A DNA stretch of 64,000 bases from Phaeosaccion multiseriatum (GCA_965112735.1 OZ218957.1:3100001-3164000), one strand, 5' to 3'; positions 1 through 13,734 are shown, counted from the stretch's first letter. Numbers and translations: made by a program. Notes: generated by a model from the letters alone, not told the origin.

Positions 1-3000
1 TTAAGGGATTGAGTGTGTGAGTGAGTGAGTGAGTGACTGACTGACTGACTGAGTGAGTAAAAGGAGTGAGTGAATGGGTGAGCGAGTGAGTGAGTGAAGC
101 CACCGTGAATGCGTAAGTGAGTGAGTGAGTGGGTGAGTGAGAGCGTGAGTGAGTGAATTAATGAGTGAGTGAGTGAGTGAGTGAGTGAGTGAGTGAAAGG
201 CTGAGTGAGTGAGTGAGTGAGTGAGTGAGTGAGTGAGTGAGTGAGTGAGTGAGTGAGTGAGTGAGTGAGTGATTGATTGATTGAGTGAGTGAGTGAGTGA
301 GTGAGTGAGTGAGTGAGTGAGTGAGTGAGTGAGTGAGTGAGTGAGTGAGAGAGAGTTAGTGAGTGAGTGAGTGAGTGAGTGAGTGAGTGAGTGAGTGAGT
401 GAGTCAGTGAGTGAGTGAGTGAGTGAGTGAGTGAGTGAAGGGGTAAGTGAATGGGTGAGCGAGTGAGTGAGTGAAGCAGTGAATGGGTGAGTGAGTGAGT
501 GAGTGAGTGAGTGAGTGAGTGAGTGAGTGAGTGAGTGAGTGAGTGAGTGAGTGAGTGAGTGAGTGAGTGAGTGAGTGAAAGAGTGAGTGAGTGAGTGAGT
601 GAGTGAGTGAGTGAGTGAGTGAGTGAGTGAGTGAGTGAGTGAGTGAGTGAGTGAGTGAGTGAGTGAGTGAGTGAGTGAGTGAGTGAGTGAGTGAGTGAGT
701 GAGTGAGTGAGTGAGTGAGTGAGTGAGTGAGTGAGTGAGTGAGTGAGTGAGTGAGTGAGTGAGTGAGTGAGTGAGTGAGTGAGTGAGTGGGTGAGTGAGT
801 GAGTGAGTGAGTGAGTGAGTGAGTGAGTGAGTGAGTGAGTGAGTGAGTGAGTGAGTGAGTGAGTGAGTGAGTGAGTGAGTGAGTGAGTGAGTGAGTGAGT
901 GAGGGATTGAGTGAGTGAGTGAGTATGGGATTGAGTGAGTGAGTGAGTGAGTGAGTGACTGACTGACTGACTGAGTGACTGAAAGGGTGAGTGAATGGGT
1001 GAGCGAGCGAGTGAGTGAAGCAGTGAATGGGTGAGTCAAGGAGTGAGTCAATGAGTGAGTGAGTGAGAGAGTGAGTGAGTGAGTGAGTGAGTCAGTGAGT
1101 GAGTGAGTGAGTGAGTGAGTGAGTGAGTGAGTGAGTGAGTGAGTGAGTGAGTGAGTGAGTGAGTGAGTGAGTGAGTGAGTGAGTGAGTGAGTGAGTGAGT
1201 GAGTGAGTGAGTGAGTGAGTGAGTGAGTGAGTGAGTGAGTGAGTGAGTGAGTGAGTGAGTGAGTGAGTGAGTGAGTGAGTGAGTGAGTGAGTGAGTGAGT
1301 GAGTGAGTGAGTGAGTGAGTGAGTGAGTGAGTGAGTGAGTGAGTGAGTGAGTGAGTGAGTGAGTGAGTGAGTGAGTGGGTGAGTCAGTGAGTGAGTGAGT
1401 GAGTGAGTGAGTGAGTGAGTGAGTGAGTGAGTGAGTGAGTGAGTGAGTGAGTGAGTGAGTGAGTGAGTGAGTGAGTGAGTGAGTGAGTGAGTGAGTGAGT
1501 GAGGGATTGAGTGAGTGAGTGAGTATGGGATTGAGTGAGTGAGTGAGTGAGTGAGTGACTGACTGACTGACTGAGTGACTGAAAGGGTGAGTGAATGGGT
1601 GAGCGAGCGAGTGAGTGAAGCAGTGAATGGGTGAGTCAAGGAGTGAGTCAATGAGTGAGTGAGTGAGAGAGTGAGTGAGTGAGTGAGTGAGTCCATGAGT
1701 GAGTGAGTGAGTGAGTGAGTGAGTGAGTGAGTGAGTGAGTGAGTGAGTGAGTGAGTGAGTGAGTGAGTGAGTGAGTGAGTGAGGGAGTGAGTGAGTGAGT
1801 GAGTGAATTAGTGAGTGAGTGAGTGAGTGAGTGAGTGAGGGATTGAGTGAGTGAGTGAGTATGGGATTGAGTGAGTGAGTGAGTGAGTGAGTGACTGACT
1901 GACTGACTGAGTGACTGAAAGGGTGAGTGAATGGGTGAGCGAGCGAGTGAGTGAAGCAGTGAATGGGTGAGTCAAGGAGTGAGTCAATGAGTGAGTGAGT
2001 GAGAGAGTGAGTGAGTGAGTGAGTGAGTCCATGAGTGAGTGAGTGAGTGAGTGAGTGAGTGAGTGAGTGAGTCAGTGAGTGAGTGAGTGAGTGAGTGAGT
2101 GAGTGAGTGAGGGAGTGAGTGAGTGAGTGAGTGAGGGAGTGAGTGAGTGAGTGAGTGAGTGAGTGAGTGAGTGAGTGAGTGAGTGAGTGAGTGAGTGGGT
2201 GAGTGAGTGAGTGAGTGAGTGAGTGAGTGAGTGAGTGAGTGAGTGAGTGAGTGAGTGAGTGAGTGAGTGAGTGAGTGAGTGAGTGAGTGAGTGAGTGAGT
2301 CAGTGAGTGAGTGAGTGAGTGAGTGGGTGAGTCAGTGAGTGAGTGAGTGAGTGAGTGAGTGAGTGAGTGAGTGAGGGAGTCAAGTGAGTGAGTGAGTGAG
2401 TGAGTGAGTGAGTGAGTGAGTGAGTGAGTGAGTGAGTGAGTGAGTGAGTGAGTGAGTGAGTGAGTGAGTCAGTGAGTGAGTGAGTGAGTGAGTGGGTGAG
2501 TCAGTGAGTGAGTGAGTGAGTGAGTGAGTGAGTGAGGGAGTCATTAAGGGATTGAGTGAGTGAGTGAGTGAGTGAGTGAGTGAGTGATTGACTGACTAAG
2601 TGAGTGAAAGGGTGAGTGAATGGGTGAGCGAGTGAGTGAGTGAAGCACCCGTGAGTGAGTGAGTGAGTGAGTGAGTGGGTGAGTGAGTGAGTCAGTGAGT
2701 GAGTGAGTGAGTGAGTGAGTGAGTGAGTGAGTGAGTGAGGGATTGAGTGAGTGAGTGAGTATGGGATTGAGTGAGTGAGTGAGTGAGTGAGTGACTGACT
2801 GACTGAGTGACTGAAAGGGTGAGTGAATGGGTGAGCGAGCGAGTGAGTGAAGCAGTGAATGGGTGAGTCAAGTGAGTGAGTCAATGAGTGAGTGAGTGAG
2901 AGAGTGAGTGAGTGAGTGAGTGAGTCAGTGAGTGAGTGAGTGAGTGAGTAAGTGAGTGAGTGAGTCAGTGAGTGAGTGAGTGAGTGAGTGAGTGAGTGAG

Positions 3001-6000
3001 TGAGTGAGGGAGTGAGTGAGTGAGTGAGAGAGTGAGTGAGTGAGTGAGCGAGTCCATAGGTGAGTGAGTGAGTGAGTTAGTGAGTGAGTGAGTGAGTGAG
3101 TGAGTGAGTGAGTGAGTGAGTGAGTGAGTGAGTGAGTGAGTGAGTGAGTGATTAAGGGATTGAGTGTGTGAGTGAGTGAGTGAGTGACTGACTGACTGAC
3201 TGAGTGAGTAAAAGGATGAGTGAATGGGTGAGCGAGTGAGTGAGTGAAGCCATCGTGAATGCGTAAGTGAGAGAGTGAGTGGGTGAGTGAGAGCGTGAGT
3301 GAGTGAATTAATGAGTGAGTGAGTGAGTGAGTGAGTGAGTGAGTGAAAGGCTGAGTGAGTGAGTGAGTGAGTGAGTGAGTGAGTGAGTGAGTGAGTGAGT
3401 GAGTGAGCGAGCGAGTGAGTGATTGGTTGATTGATTGAGTGAGTGAGTGAGTGAGTGAGTGAGTGAGGGATTGAGTGAGTGAGTGAGTGAGTGAGTGAGT
3501 TAGAGAGTAAGTGAGTGAGGGAGTGAGTGAGTGAGTGAGTGAGTGAGTGAGTGAGTCAGTGAGGGAGTGAGTGAGTGAGTGAGTGAGTGAGTGAAGGGGT
3601 AAGTGAATGGGTGAGCGAGTGAGTGAGTGAAGCAGTGAATGGGTGAGTGCGTGAGTGAGTGAGGAGTGAGTGAATGGATAAGTGAGTGAGTGAGTGAGTG
3701 AGTGAGTGAGTGAGTGAGTGAGTGAGTGAGTGAGTGAGTGAGTGAGTGAGTGAGTGAGTGAGTGGGTGAAAGATTGAGTGAGTGAGTGAGTGAGTGAGTG
3801 AGTGAGTGAGTGAGTGAGTGAGTGAGTGAGTGAGTGAGTGAGTGAGTGAGTGAGTGAGTGAGTGAGTGAGTGAGTGAGTGAATGGGTGAGCGAGCGAGTG
3901 AGTGAAGCAGTGAATGGGTGAGTCAAGGAGTGAGTCAATGAGTGAGTGAGTGAGAGAGTGAGTGAGTGAGTGAGTGAGTCCATGAGTGAGTGAGTGAGTG
4001 AGTGAGTGAGTGAGTGAGTGAGTGATTGAGTGAGTGAGTGATTGAGTGAGTGAGTAAGTAAGGGATTGAGTGAGTGAGTGAGTGAGTGAGTGGGTGAGTG
4101 AGTGAGTGAGTGAGTGAGTGAGTGAGTGAGTGAGTGAGTGAGTGAATGGATGAGTGAGTGAGTGAGTGAGTGAGTGGGTGAGGGAGTGAGTGAGTGAGTG
4201 AGTGAGTGAGTGAGTGAGTGAGTGAGTGAGTGAGTGAGTGAGTGAGTGAGTGAGTGAGTGAGTGAGTGAGTGAATGAGCGAGTGAGGGAGTGATTAAGGG
4301 ATTGAGTGTGTGAGTGAGTGCGTGAGTGACTGACTGACTGACTGACTGAGTGAGTGAAAGGGTGAGTGAATGGGGGAGCGAGTGAGTGAGTGATGCCGCC
4401 GTGAATGGGTGAGTGAGAGAGTGAGTGGGTGAGTGAATGGGGGAGCGAGAGAGTGAGTGAGTGAGTGAGTGAGTGAGTGAGTGAAGGAGTGAGTGAGTGA
4501 GTGAGTGAGGGAGTGAGTGAATGAGTGAGTGAGTGAGTGAGTGAGTGAGTGAGTGAGTGAGTGAGTCAGTGAGTCAGTGAGTGAGTGAGTGAGTGAGTGA
4601 GTGAGTGAGTGAGTGAGTGACTGAGTGAGTGAGTGAGGGAGTGAGTGAGTGAGTGAGTGAGTGGGTGAGTCAGTGAGTGAGTGAGTGAGTGAGTGAGTGA
4701 GTGAGTGAGTGAGTAAGTGAGTGAGTGAGTGAGTGAGTGAGTGAGTGAGTGAGTGAGTGAGTGAGTGAGTGAGTGAGTGAGTGAGTGAGTTAGAGAGTAA
4801 GTGAGTGAGGGAGTGAGTGAGTGAGTGAGTGAGTGAGTGAGTCAGTGAGTGAGTGAGTGAGTGGGTGAGTGAGTGAGTGAGTGAGTGAGTGAGTGAGTGA
4901 GTGAGTGAGTGAGTGAGTGAGTGAGTGAGTGAGGGATTGAGTGAGTGAGTGAGTGAGTGAGTGAGTTAGAGAGTAAGTGAGTGAGGGAGTGAGTGAGTGA
5001 GTGAGTGAGTGAGTCAGTGAGGGAGTGAGTGAGTGAGTGAGTGAGTGAAGGGGTAAGTGAATGGGTGAGCGAGTGAGTGAGTGAAGCAGTGAATGGGTGA
5101 GTGCGTGAGTGAGTGAGGAGTGAGTGAATGGATAAGTGAGTGAGTGAGTGAGTGAGTGAGTGAGTGGGTGAGTGAGTGAGTGAGTGAGTGAGTGAGTGAG
5201 TGAGTGAGTGAGTGAGTGAGTGAGTGAGTGAGTGAGTGAGTGAGTGAGTGAGTGAGTGAGTGAGTGAGTGAGTGAGTGAGTGAGTGAGTGAGTGAGTGAG
5301 TGAGTGAGTGAGTGAGTGAGTGAGTGAGTGAGTGAGTGAGTGAGTGAGTGAGTCAGTGAGTGAGTGAGTGAGTGAGTGGGTGAGTCAGTGAGTGAGTGAG
5401 TGAGTGAGTGAGTGAGTGAGTGAGTGAGGGAGTCAAGTGAGTGAGTGAGTGAGTGAGTGAGTGAGTGAGTGAGTGAGTGAGTGAGTGAGTGAGTGAGTGA
5501 GTGAGTGAGTGAGTGAGTGAGTGAGTCAGTGAGTGAGTGAGTGAGTGAGTGGGTGAGTCAGTGAGTGAGTGAGTGAGTGAGTGAGTGAGTGAGGGAGTCA
5601 TTAAGGGCTTGAGTGTGTGAGTGAGTGCGTGAGTGAGTGAGTGATTGACTGACTAAGTGAGTGAAAGGGTGAGTGAATGGGTGAGCGAGTGAGTGAGTGA
5701 AGCACCCGTGAGTGAGTGAGTGAGTGAGTGAGTGGGTGAGTGAGTGAGTCAGTGAGTGAGTGAGTGAGTGAGTGAGTGAGTGAGTGAGTGAGTGAGGGAT
5801 TGAGTGAGTGAGTGAGTATGGGATTGAGTGAGTGAGTGAGTGAGTGAGTGACTGACTGACTGAGTGACTGAAAGGGTGAGTGAATGGGTGAGCGAGCGAG
5901 TGAGTGAAGCAGTGAATGGGTGAGTCAAGGAGTGAGTCAATGAGTGAGTGAGTGAGAGAGTGAGTGAGTGAGTGAGTGAGTCCATGAGTGAGTGAGTGAG

Positions 6001-9000
6001 TGAGTAAGTGAGTGAGTGAGTCAGTGAGTGAGTGAGTGCGTGAGTGAGTGAGTGAGTGAGTGAGGGAGTGAGTGAGTGAGTGAGAGAGTGAGTGAGTGAG
6101 TGAGCGAGTCCATAGGTGAGTGAGTGAGTGAGTTAGTGAGTGAGTGAGTGAGTGAGTGAGTGAGTGAGTGAGTGAGTGAGTGAGTGAGTGAGTGAGTGAG
6201 TGAGTGATTAAGGGATTGAGTGTGTGAGTGAGTGAGTGAGTGACTGACTGACTGACTGAGTGAGTAAAAGGATGAGTGGATGGGTGAGCGAGTGAGTGAG
6301 TGAAGCCACCGTGAATGCGTAAGTGAGAGAGTGAGTGGGTGAGTGAGAGCGTGAGTGAGTGAATTAATGAGTGAGTGAGTGAGTGAGTGAGTGAGTGAGT
6401 GAAAGGCTGAGTGAGTGAGTGAGTGAGTGAGTGAGTGAGTGAGTGAGTGAGTGAGTGAGTGAGCGAGTGAGTGATTGATTGATTGATTGAGTGAGTGAGT
6501 GAGTGAGTGAGTGAGTGAGGGATTGAGTGAGTGAGTGAGTGAGTGAGTGAGTTAGAGAGTAAGTGAGTGAGGGAGTGAGTGAGTGAGTGAGTGAATGAGT
6601 GAGTGAGTCAGTGAGGGAGTGAGTGAGTGAGTGAGTGAGTGAAGGGGTAAGTGAATGGGTGAGCGAGTGAGTGAGTGAAGCAGTGAATGGGTGAGTGCGT
6701 GAGTGAGTGAGGAGTGAGTGAATGGATAAGTGAGTGAGTGAGTGAGTGAGTGAGTGAGTGAGTGAGTGAGTGAGTGAGTGGGTGAAAGATTGAGTGAGTG
6801 AGTGAGTGAGTGAGTGAGTGAGTGAGTGAGTGAGTGAGTGAGTGAGTGAGTGAGTGAGTGAGTGAGTGAGTGAGTGAGTGAGTGAGTGAGTGAGTGAGTG
6901 AGTGAGTGAGTGAGTGAGTGAGTGAGTGAGTGAGTGAGTGAGTGAGTGAGTGAGTGAGTGAGTGAGTCAGTGAGTGAGTGAGTGAGTGAGTGAGTGGGTG
7001 AGTCAGTGAGTGAGTGAGTGAGTGAGTGAGTGAGTGAGTGAGTGAGTCAGTGAGTGAGTGAGTGAGTGAGTGAGTGAGTGAGTGAGTGAGTGAGTGAGTG
7101 AGTGAGTGAGGGATTGAGTGAGTGAGTGAGTATGGGATTGAGTGAGTGAGTGAGTGAGTGAGTGACTGACTGACTGACTGAGTGACTGAAAGGGTGAGTG
7201 AATGGGTGAGCGAGCGAGTGAGTGAAGCAGTGAATGGGTGAGTCAAGGAGTGAGTCAATGAGTGAGTGAGTGAGAGAGTGAGTGAGTGAGTGAGTGAGTC
7301 CATGAGTGAGTGAGTGAGTGAGTGAGTGAGTGAGTGAGTGAGTCAGTGAGTGAGTGAGTGCGTGAGTGAGTGAGTGAGTGAGGGAGTGAGTGAGTGAGTG
7401 AGTGAGGAAGTGAGTGAGTGAGTGAGTGAGTGAGTGAGTGAGTGAGTGAGTGAGTGAGTGAGTGAGTGAGTGAGTGAGTGAGTGAGTGAGTGAGTGAGTG
7501 AGTGAGTGAGTGAGTGAGTGAGTGAGTGAGTGAGTGAGTGAGTGAGTGAGTGAGTGAGTGAGTGAGTGAGTCAGTGAGTGAGTGAGTGAGTGAGTGAGTG
7601 GGTGAGTCAGTGAGTGAGTGAGTGAGTGAGTGAGTGAGTGAGTGAGTGAGTCAGTGAGTGAGTGAGTGAGTGAGTGAGTGAGTGAGTGAGTGAGTGAGTG
7701 AGTGAGTGAGTGAGTGAGTGAGTGAGTGAGGGATTGAGTGAGTGAGTGAGTATGGGATTGAGTGAGTGAGTGAGTGAGTGAGTGACTGACTGACTGACTG
7801 AGTGACTGAAAGGGTGAGTGAATGGGTGAGCGAGCGAGTGAGTGAAGCAGTGAATGGGTGAGTCAAGGAGTGAGTCAATGAGTGAGTGAGTGAGAGAGTG
7901 AGTGAGTGAGTGAGTGAGTCCATGAGTGAGTGAGTGAGTGAGTGAGTGAGTGAGTGAGTGAGTGAGTGAGTCAGTGAGTGAGTGAGTGCGTGAGTGAGTG
8001 AGTGAGTGAGGGAGTGAGTGAGTGAGTGAGTGAATTAGTGAGTGAGTGAGTGAGTGAGTGAGTGAGGGATTGAGTGAGTGAGTGAGTATGGGATTGAGTG
8101 AGTGAGTGAGTGAGTGACTGACTGACTGACTGACTGAGTGACTGAAAGGGTGAGTGAATGGGTGAGCGAGCGAGTGAGTGAAGCAGTGAATGGGTGAGTC
8201 AAGGAGTGAGTCAATGAGTGAGTGAGTGAGAGAGTGAGTGAGTGAGTGAGTGAGTCCATGAGTGAGTGAGTGAGTGAGTGAGTGAGTGAGTGAGTGAGTC
8301 AGTGAGTGAGTGAGTGCGTGAGTGAGTGAGTGAGTGAGGGAGTGAGTGAGTGAGTGAGTGAGGGAGTGAGTGAGTGAGTGAGTGAGTGAGTGAGTGAGTG
8401 AGTGAGTGAGTGAGTGAGTGAGTGAGTGAGTGAGTGAGTGAGTGAGTGAGTGAGTGAGTGAGTGAGTGAGTGAGTGGGTGAGTGAGTGAGTGAGTGAGTG
8501 AGTGAGTGAGTGAGTGAGTGAGTGAGTGAGTGAGTGAGTGAGTGAGTGAGTGAGTGAGTGAGTGAGTGAGTGAGTGAGTGAGTGAGTCAGTGAGTGAGTG
8601 AGTGAGTGAGTGGGTGAGTCAGTGAGTGAGTGAGTGAGTGAGTGAGTGAGTGAGTGAGTGAGGGAGTCAAGTGAGTGAGTGAGTGAGTGAGTGAGTGAGT
8701 GAGTGAGTGAGTGAGTGAGTGAGTGAGTGAGTGAGTGAGTGAGTGAGTGAGTGAGTCAGTTAAGGGCTTGAGTGTGTGAGTGAGTGCGTGAGTGAGTGAG
8801 TGATTGACTGACTAAGTGAGTGAAAGGGTGAGTGAATGGGTGAGCGAGTGAGTGAGTGAAGCACCCGTGAGTGAGTGAGTGAGTGAGTGAGTGGGTGAGT
8901 GAGTGAGTCAGTGAGTGAGTGAGTGAGTGAGTGAGTGAGTGAGTGAGTGAGTGAGGGATTGAGTGAGTGAGTGAGTATGGGATTGAGTGAGTGAGTGAGT

Positions 9001-12000
9001 GAGTGAGTGACTGACTGACTGAGTGACTGAAAGGGTGAGTGAATGGGTGAGCGAGCGAGTGAGTGAAGCAGTGAATGGGTGAGTCAAGGAGTGAGTCAAT
9101 GAGTGAGTGAGTGAGAGAGTGAGTGAGTGAGTGAGTGAGTCCATGAGTGAGTGAGTGAGTGAGTAAGTGAGTGAGTGAGTCAGTGAGTGAGTGAGTGCGT
9201 GAGTGAGTGAGTGAGTGAGTGAGGGAGTGAGTGAGTGAGTGAGAGAGTGAGTGAGTGAGTGAGCGAGTCCATAGGTGAGTGAGTGAGTGAGTTAGTGAGT
9301 GAGTGAGTGAGTGAGTGAGTGAGTGAGTGAGTGAGTGAGTGAGTGAGTGAGTGAGTGAGTGATTAAGGGATTGAGTGTGTGAGTGAGTGAGTGAGTGACT
9401 GACTGACTGACTGAGTGAGTAAAAGGATGAGTGAATGGGTGAGCGAGTGAGTGAGTGAAGCCATCGTGAATGCGTAAGTGAGAGAGTGAGTGGGTGAGTG
9501 AGAGCGTGAGTGAGTGAATTAATGAGTGAGTGAGTGAGTGAGTGAGTGAGTGAGTGAAAGGCTGAGTGAGTGAGTGAGTGAGTGAGTGAGTGAGTGAGTG
9601 AGTGAGTGAGTGAGTGAGCGAGCGAGTGAGTGATTGATTGATTGATTGAGTGAGTGAGTGAGTGAGTGAGTGAGTGAGGGATTGAGTGAGTGAGTGAGTG
9701 AGTGAGTGAGTTAGAGAGTAAGTGAGTGAGGGAGTGAGTGAGTGAGTGAGTGAGTGAGTGAGTGAGTCAGTGAGGGAGTGAGTGAGTGAGTGAGTGAGTG
9801 AGTGAAGGGGTAAGTGAATGGGTGAGCGAGTGAGTGAGTGAAGCAGTGAATGGGTGAGTGCGTGAGTGAGTGAGGAGTGAGTGAATGGATAAGTGAGTGA
9901 GTGAGTGAGTGAGTGAGTGAGTGAGTGAGTGAGTGAGTGAGTGAGTGAGTGAGTGAGTGAGTGAGTGGGTGAAAGATTGAGTGAGTGAGTGAGTGAGTGA
10001 GTGAGTGAGTGAGTGAGTGAGTGAGTGAGTGAGTGAGTGAGTGAGTGAGTGAGTGAGTGAGTGAGTGAGTGAGTGAGTGAGTGAGTGAGTGAGTGAGTGA
10101 GTGAGTGAGTGAATGAGTGAGTGAGTGAGTGAGTGAGTGAGTGAGTGAGTGAGTGAGTGAGTGAGTGAGTGAGTGAGTGAGTGAGTGAGTGAGTCAGTGA
10201 GTGAGTGAGTGAGTGAGTGAGTGGGTGAGTCAGTGAGTGAGTGAGTGAGTGAGTGAGTGAGTGAGTGAGTCAGTGAGTGAGTGAGTGAGTGAGTGAGTGA
10301 GTGAGTGAGTGAGTGAGTGAGTGAGTGAGTGAGTGAGTGAGGGATTGAGTGAGTGAGTGAGTATGGGATTGAGTGAGTGAGTGAGTGAGTGAGTGACTGA
10401 CTGACTGACTGAGTGACTGAAAGGGTGAGTGAATGGGTGAGCGAGCGAGTGAGTGAAGCAGTGAATGGGTGAGTCAAGGAGTGAGTCAATGAGTGAGTGA
10501 GTGAGAGAGTGAGTGAGTGAGTGAGTGAGTCCATGAGTGAGTGAGTGAGTGAGTGAGTGAGTGAGTGAGTGAGTCAGTGAGTGAGTGAGTGCGTGAGTGA
10601 GTGAGTGAGTGAGGGAGTGAGTGAGTGAGTGAGTGAGGGAGTGAGTGAGTGAGTGAGTGAGTGAGTGAGTGAGTGAGTGAGTGAGTGAGTGAGTGAGTGA
10701 GTGAGTGAGTGAGTGAGTGAGTGAGTGAGTGAGTGAGTGAGTGAGTGAGTGAGTGAGTGAGTGAGTGAGTGAGTGAGTGAGTGAGTCAGTGAGTGAGTGA
10801 GTGAGTGAGTGAGTGGGTGAGTGAGTGAGTGAGTGAGTGAGTGAGTGAGTGAGTGAGTGAGTGAGTCAGTGAGTGAGTGAGTGAGTGAGTGAGTGAGTGA
10901 GTGAGTGAGTGAGTGAGTGAGTGAGTGAGTGAGTGAGGGATTGAGTGAGTGAGTGAGTATGGGATTGAGTGAGTGAGTGAGTGAGTGAGTGACTGACTGA
11001 CTGACTGAGTGACTGAAAGGGTGAGTGAATGGGTGAGCGAGCGAGTGAGTGAAGCAGTGAATGGGTGAGTCAAGGAGTGAGTCAATGAGTGAGTGAGTGA
11101 GAGAGTGAGTGAGTGAGTGAGTGAGTCCATGAGTGAGTGAGTGAGTGAGTGAGTGAGTGAGTGAGTGAGTGAGTGAGTCAGTGAGTGAGTGAGTGCGTGA
11201 GTGAGTGAGTGAGTGAGGGAGTGAGTGAGTGAGTGAGTGAGTGAGTGAGTGAGTGAGTGAGTGAGTGAGTGAGGGATTGAGTGAGTGAGTGAGTATGGGA
11301 TTGAGTGAGTGAGTGAGTGAGTGACTGACTGACTGACTGACTGAGTGACTGAAAGGGTGAGTGAATGGGTGAGCGAGCGAGTGAGTGAAGCAGTGAATGG
11401 GTGAGTCAAGGAGTGAGTCAATGAGTGAGTGAGTGAGAGAGTGAGTGAGTGAGTGAGTGAGTCCATGAGTGAGTGAGTGAGTGAGTGAGTGAGTGAGTGA
11501 GTGAGTCAGTGAGTGAGTGAGTGCGTGAGTGAGTGAGTGAGTGAGGGAGTGAGTGAGTGAGTGAGTGAGGGAGTGAGTGAGTGAGTGAGTGAGTGAGTGA
11601 GTGAGTGAGTGAGTGAGTGAGTGAGTGAGTGAGTGAGTGAGTGAGTGAGTGAGTGAGTGAGTGAGTGAGTGAGTGAGTGAGTGGGTGAGTGAGTGAGTGA
11701 GTGAGTGAGTGAGTGAGTGAGTGAGTGAGTGAGGGAGTCATTAAGGGCTTGAGTGTGTGAGTGAGTGCGTGAGTGAGTGAGTGACTGACTGACTAAGTGA
11801 GTGAAAGGGTGAGTGAATGGGTGAGCGAGTGAGTGAGTGAAGCCCCCGTGAGTGAGTGAGTGAGTGAGTGAGTGAGTGAGTCAGTGAGTGAGTGAGTGAG
11901 TGAGTGAGTGAGTGAGTGAGTGAGTGAGTGAGGGATTGAGTGAGTGAGTGAGTATGGGATTGAGTGAGTGAGTGAGTGAGTGAGTGAGTGACTGACTGAC

Positions 12001-13670
12001 GGAGTGACTGAAAGGGTGAGTGAATGCGTGAGCGAGCGAGTGAGTGAAGCAGTGAATGGGTGAGTCAAGGAGTGAGTCAATGAGTGAGTGAGTGAGAGAG
12101 TGAGTGAGTGAGTGAGTGAGTCCATGAGTGAGTGAGTGAGTGAGTGAGTGAGTGAGTGAGTGAGTGAGTGAGTGCGTGAGTGAGTGAGTTAGTGAGTGAG
12201 GGAGAGAGTGAGTGAGTGAGAGAGTGAGTGAGTGAGTGAGCGAGTCCATAGGTGAGTGAGTGAGTGAGTTAGTGAGTGAGTGAGTGAGTGAGTGAGTGAG
12301 TGAGTGAGTGAGTGATTGAGTGAGTGAGTGAGGGAGTGATTAAGGGATTGAGTGTGTGAGTGAGTGAGTGAGTGACTGACTGACTGACTGAGTGAGTGAA
12401 AGGATGAGTGAATGGGTGAGCGAGTGAGTGAGTGAAGCCACCGTGAATGCGTGAGTGAGAGAGTGAGTGGGTGAGTGAGAGCGTGAGTGAGTGAATTAAT
12501 GAGTGAGTGAGTGAGTGAGTGAGTGAGTGAAAGGCTGAGTGAGTGAGTGAGTGAGTGAGTGAGTGAGTGAGTGAGTGAGTGAGTGAGTGAGTGAGTGAGT
12601 GAGTGATTGATTGATTGAGTGAGTGAGTGAGTGAGTGAGTGAGTGAGGGATTGAGTGAGTGAGTGAGTGAGTGTGTGAGTTAGAGAGTAAGTGAGTGAGG
12701 GAGTGAGTGAGTGAGTGAGTGAGTGAAGGGGTAAGTGAATGGGTGAGCGAGTGAGTGAGTGAAGCAGTGAATGGGTGAGTGCGTGAGTGAGTGAGGAGTG
12801 AGTGAATGGATAAGTGAGTGAGTGAGTGAGTGAGTGAGTGAGTGAGTGAGTGAGTGAGTGAGTGAGTGAGTGAGTGAGTGAGTGAGTGAGTGAGTGAGTC
12901 AGTGAGTGAGTGAGTGAGTGAGTGGGTGAGTCAGTGAGTGAGTGAGTGAGTGAGTGAGGGAGTCATTAAGGGCTTGAGTGTGTGAGTGAGTGCGTGAGTG
13001 AGTGAGTGACTGACTGACTAAGTGAGTGAAAGGGTGAGTGAATGGGTGAGCGAGTGAGTGAGTGAAGCACCCGTGAGTGAGTGAGTGAGTGAGTGAGTGA
13101 GTGAGTGAGTGAGTGAGTGAGTCAGTGAGTGAGTGAGTGAGTGAGTGAGTGAGTGAGTGAGTGAGTGAGTGAGTGAGTGAGTGAGTGAGTGAGTGAGTGA
13201 GGGATTGAGTGAGTGAGTGAGTATGGGATTGAGTGAGTGAGTGAGTGAGTGACTGAGTGAGTGACTGACTGACTGACTGAGTGACTGAAAGGGTGAGTGA
13301 ATGGGTGAGCGTGCGAGTGAGTGAAGCAGTGAATGGGTGAGTCAAGGAGTGAGTCAATGAGTGAGTGAGTGAGAGAGTGAGTGAGTGAGTGAGTGAGTCC
13401 ATGAGTGAGTGAGTGAGTGAGTGAGTGAGTGAGTGAGTCAGTGAGTGAGTGAGTGCGTGAGTGAGTGAGTGAGTGATTGAGGGAGTGAGTGAGTGAGTGA
13501 GAGAGTGAGTGAGTGAGTGAGTGAGTCCATAGGTGAGTGAGTGAGTGAGTTAGTGAGTGAGTGAGTGAGTGAGTGAGTGAGTGAGTGAGTGAGTGAGTGA
13601 GTGAGTGAGTGAGTGAGTGAGTAAGTGCATGACGAGTGAGTGCGTGAGGAAGGAGTGCGTGATGATGCAT
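1..13670. repeat. (GAGT)n/(ACTC)n satellite with embedded variant cassettes and ~3.1-kb higher-order repeat; runs off the left edge
   Basis: Near-continuous GAGT tetramer. Landmark cassette TTAAGGGATTGAGTGTGT... at 1, 3152, 6208, 9363 and 12340. A ~195-bp cassette ending GAGTCCAT recurs more than 10 times. Confidence 0.98.
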
Positions 13671-13734
13671 TCAGCCGTCATCAGGGGGGGGCGACAGGGC
13701 ATTAGCGATTAGGCTACGCTTCTCTCCTCGCAAG

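Noticed and set aside
1-12975. TTAAGGG as a telomere repeat; TGAGTCA as AP-1 sites
   Set aside because: TTAAGGG is never tandem here, and TGAGTCA is one substitution from the background TGAGTGA.
404-13670. Minus-strand (SLTH)n ORFs beginning MDSLTHSLTL
   Set aside because: (CACT)n has no stop codon in any frame, so long ORFs arise automatically; they shift frame at random and start at a repeated cassette ATG.
1-13670. CRISPR-like array of constant cassettes and spacers
   Set aside because: The spacers are pure GAGT rather than unique sequence, there are no cas genes, and the context is eukaryotic.
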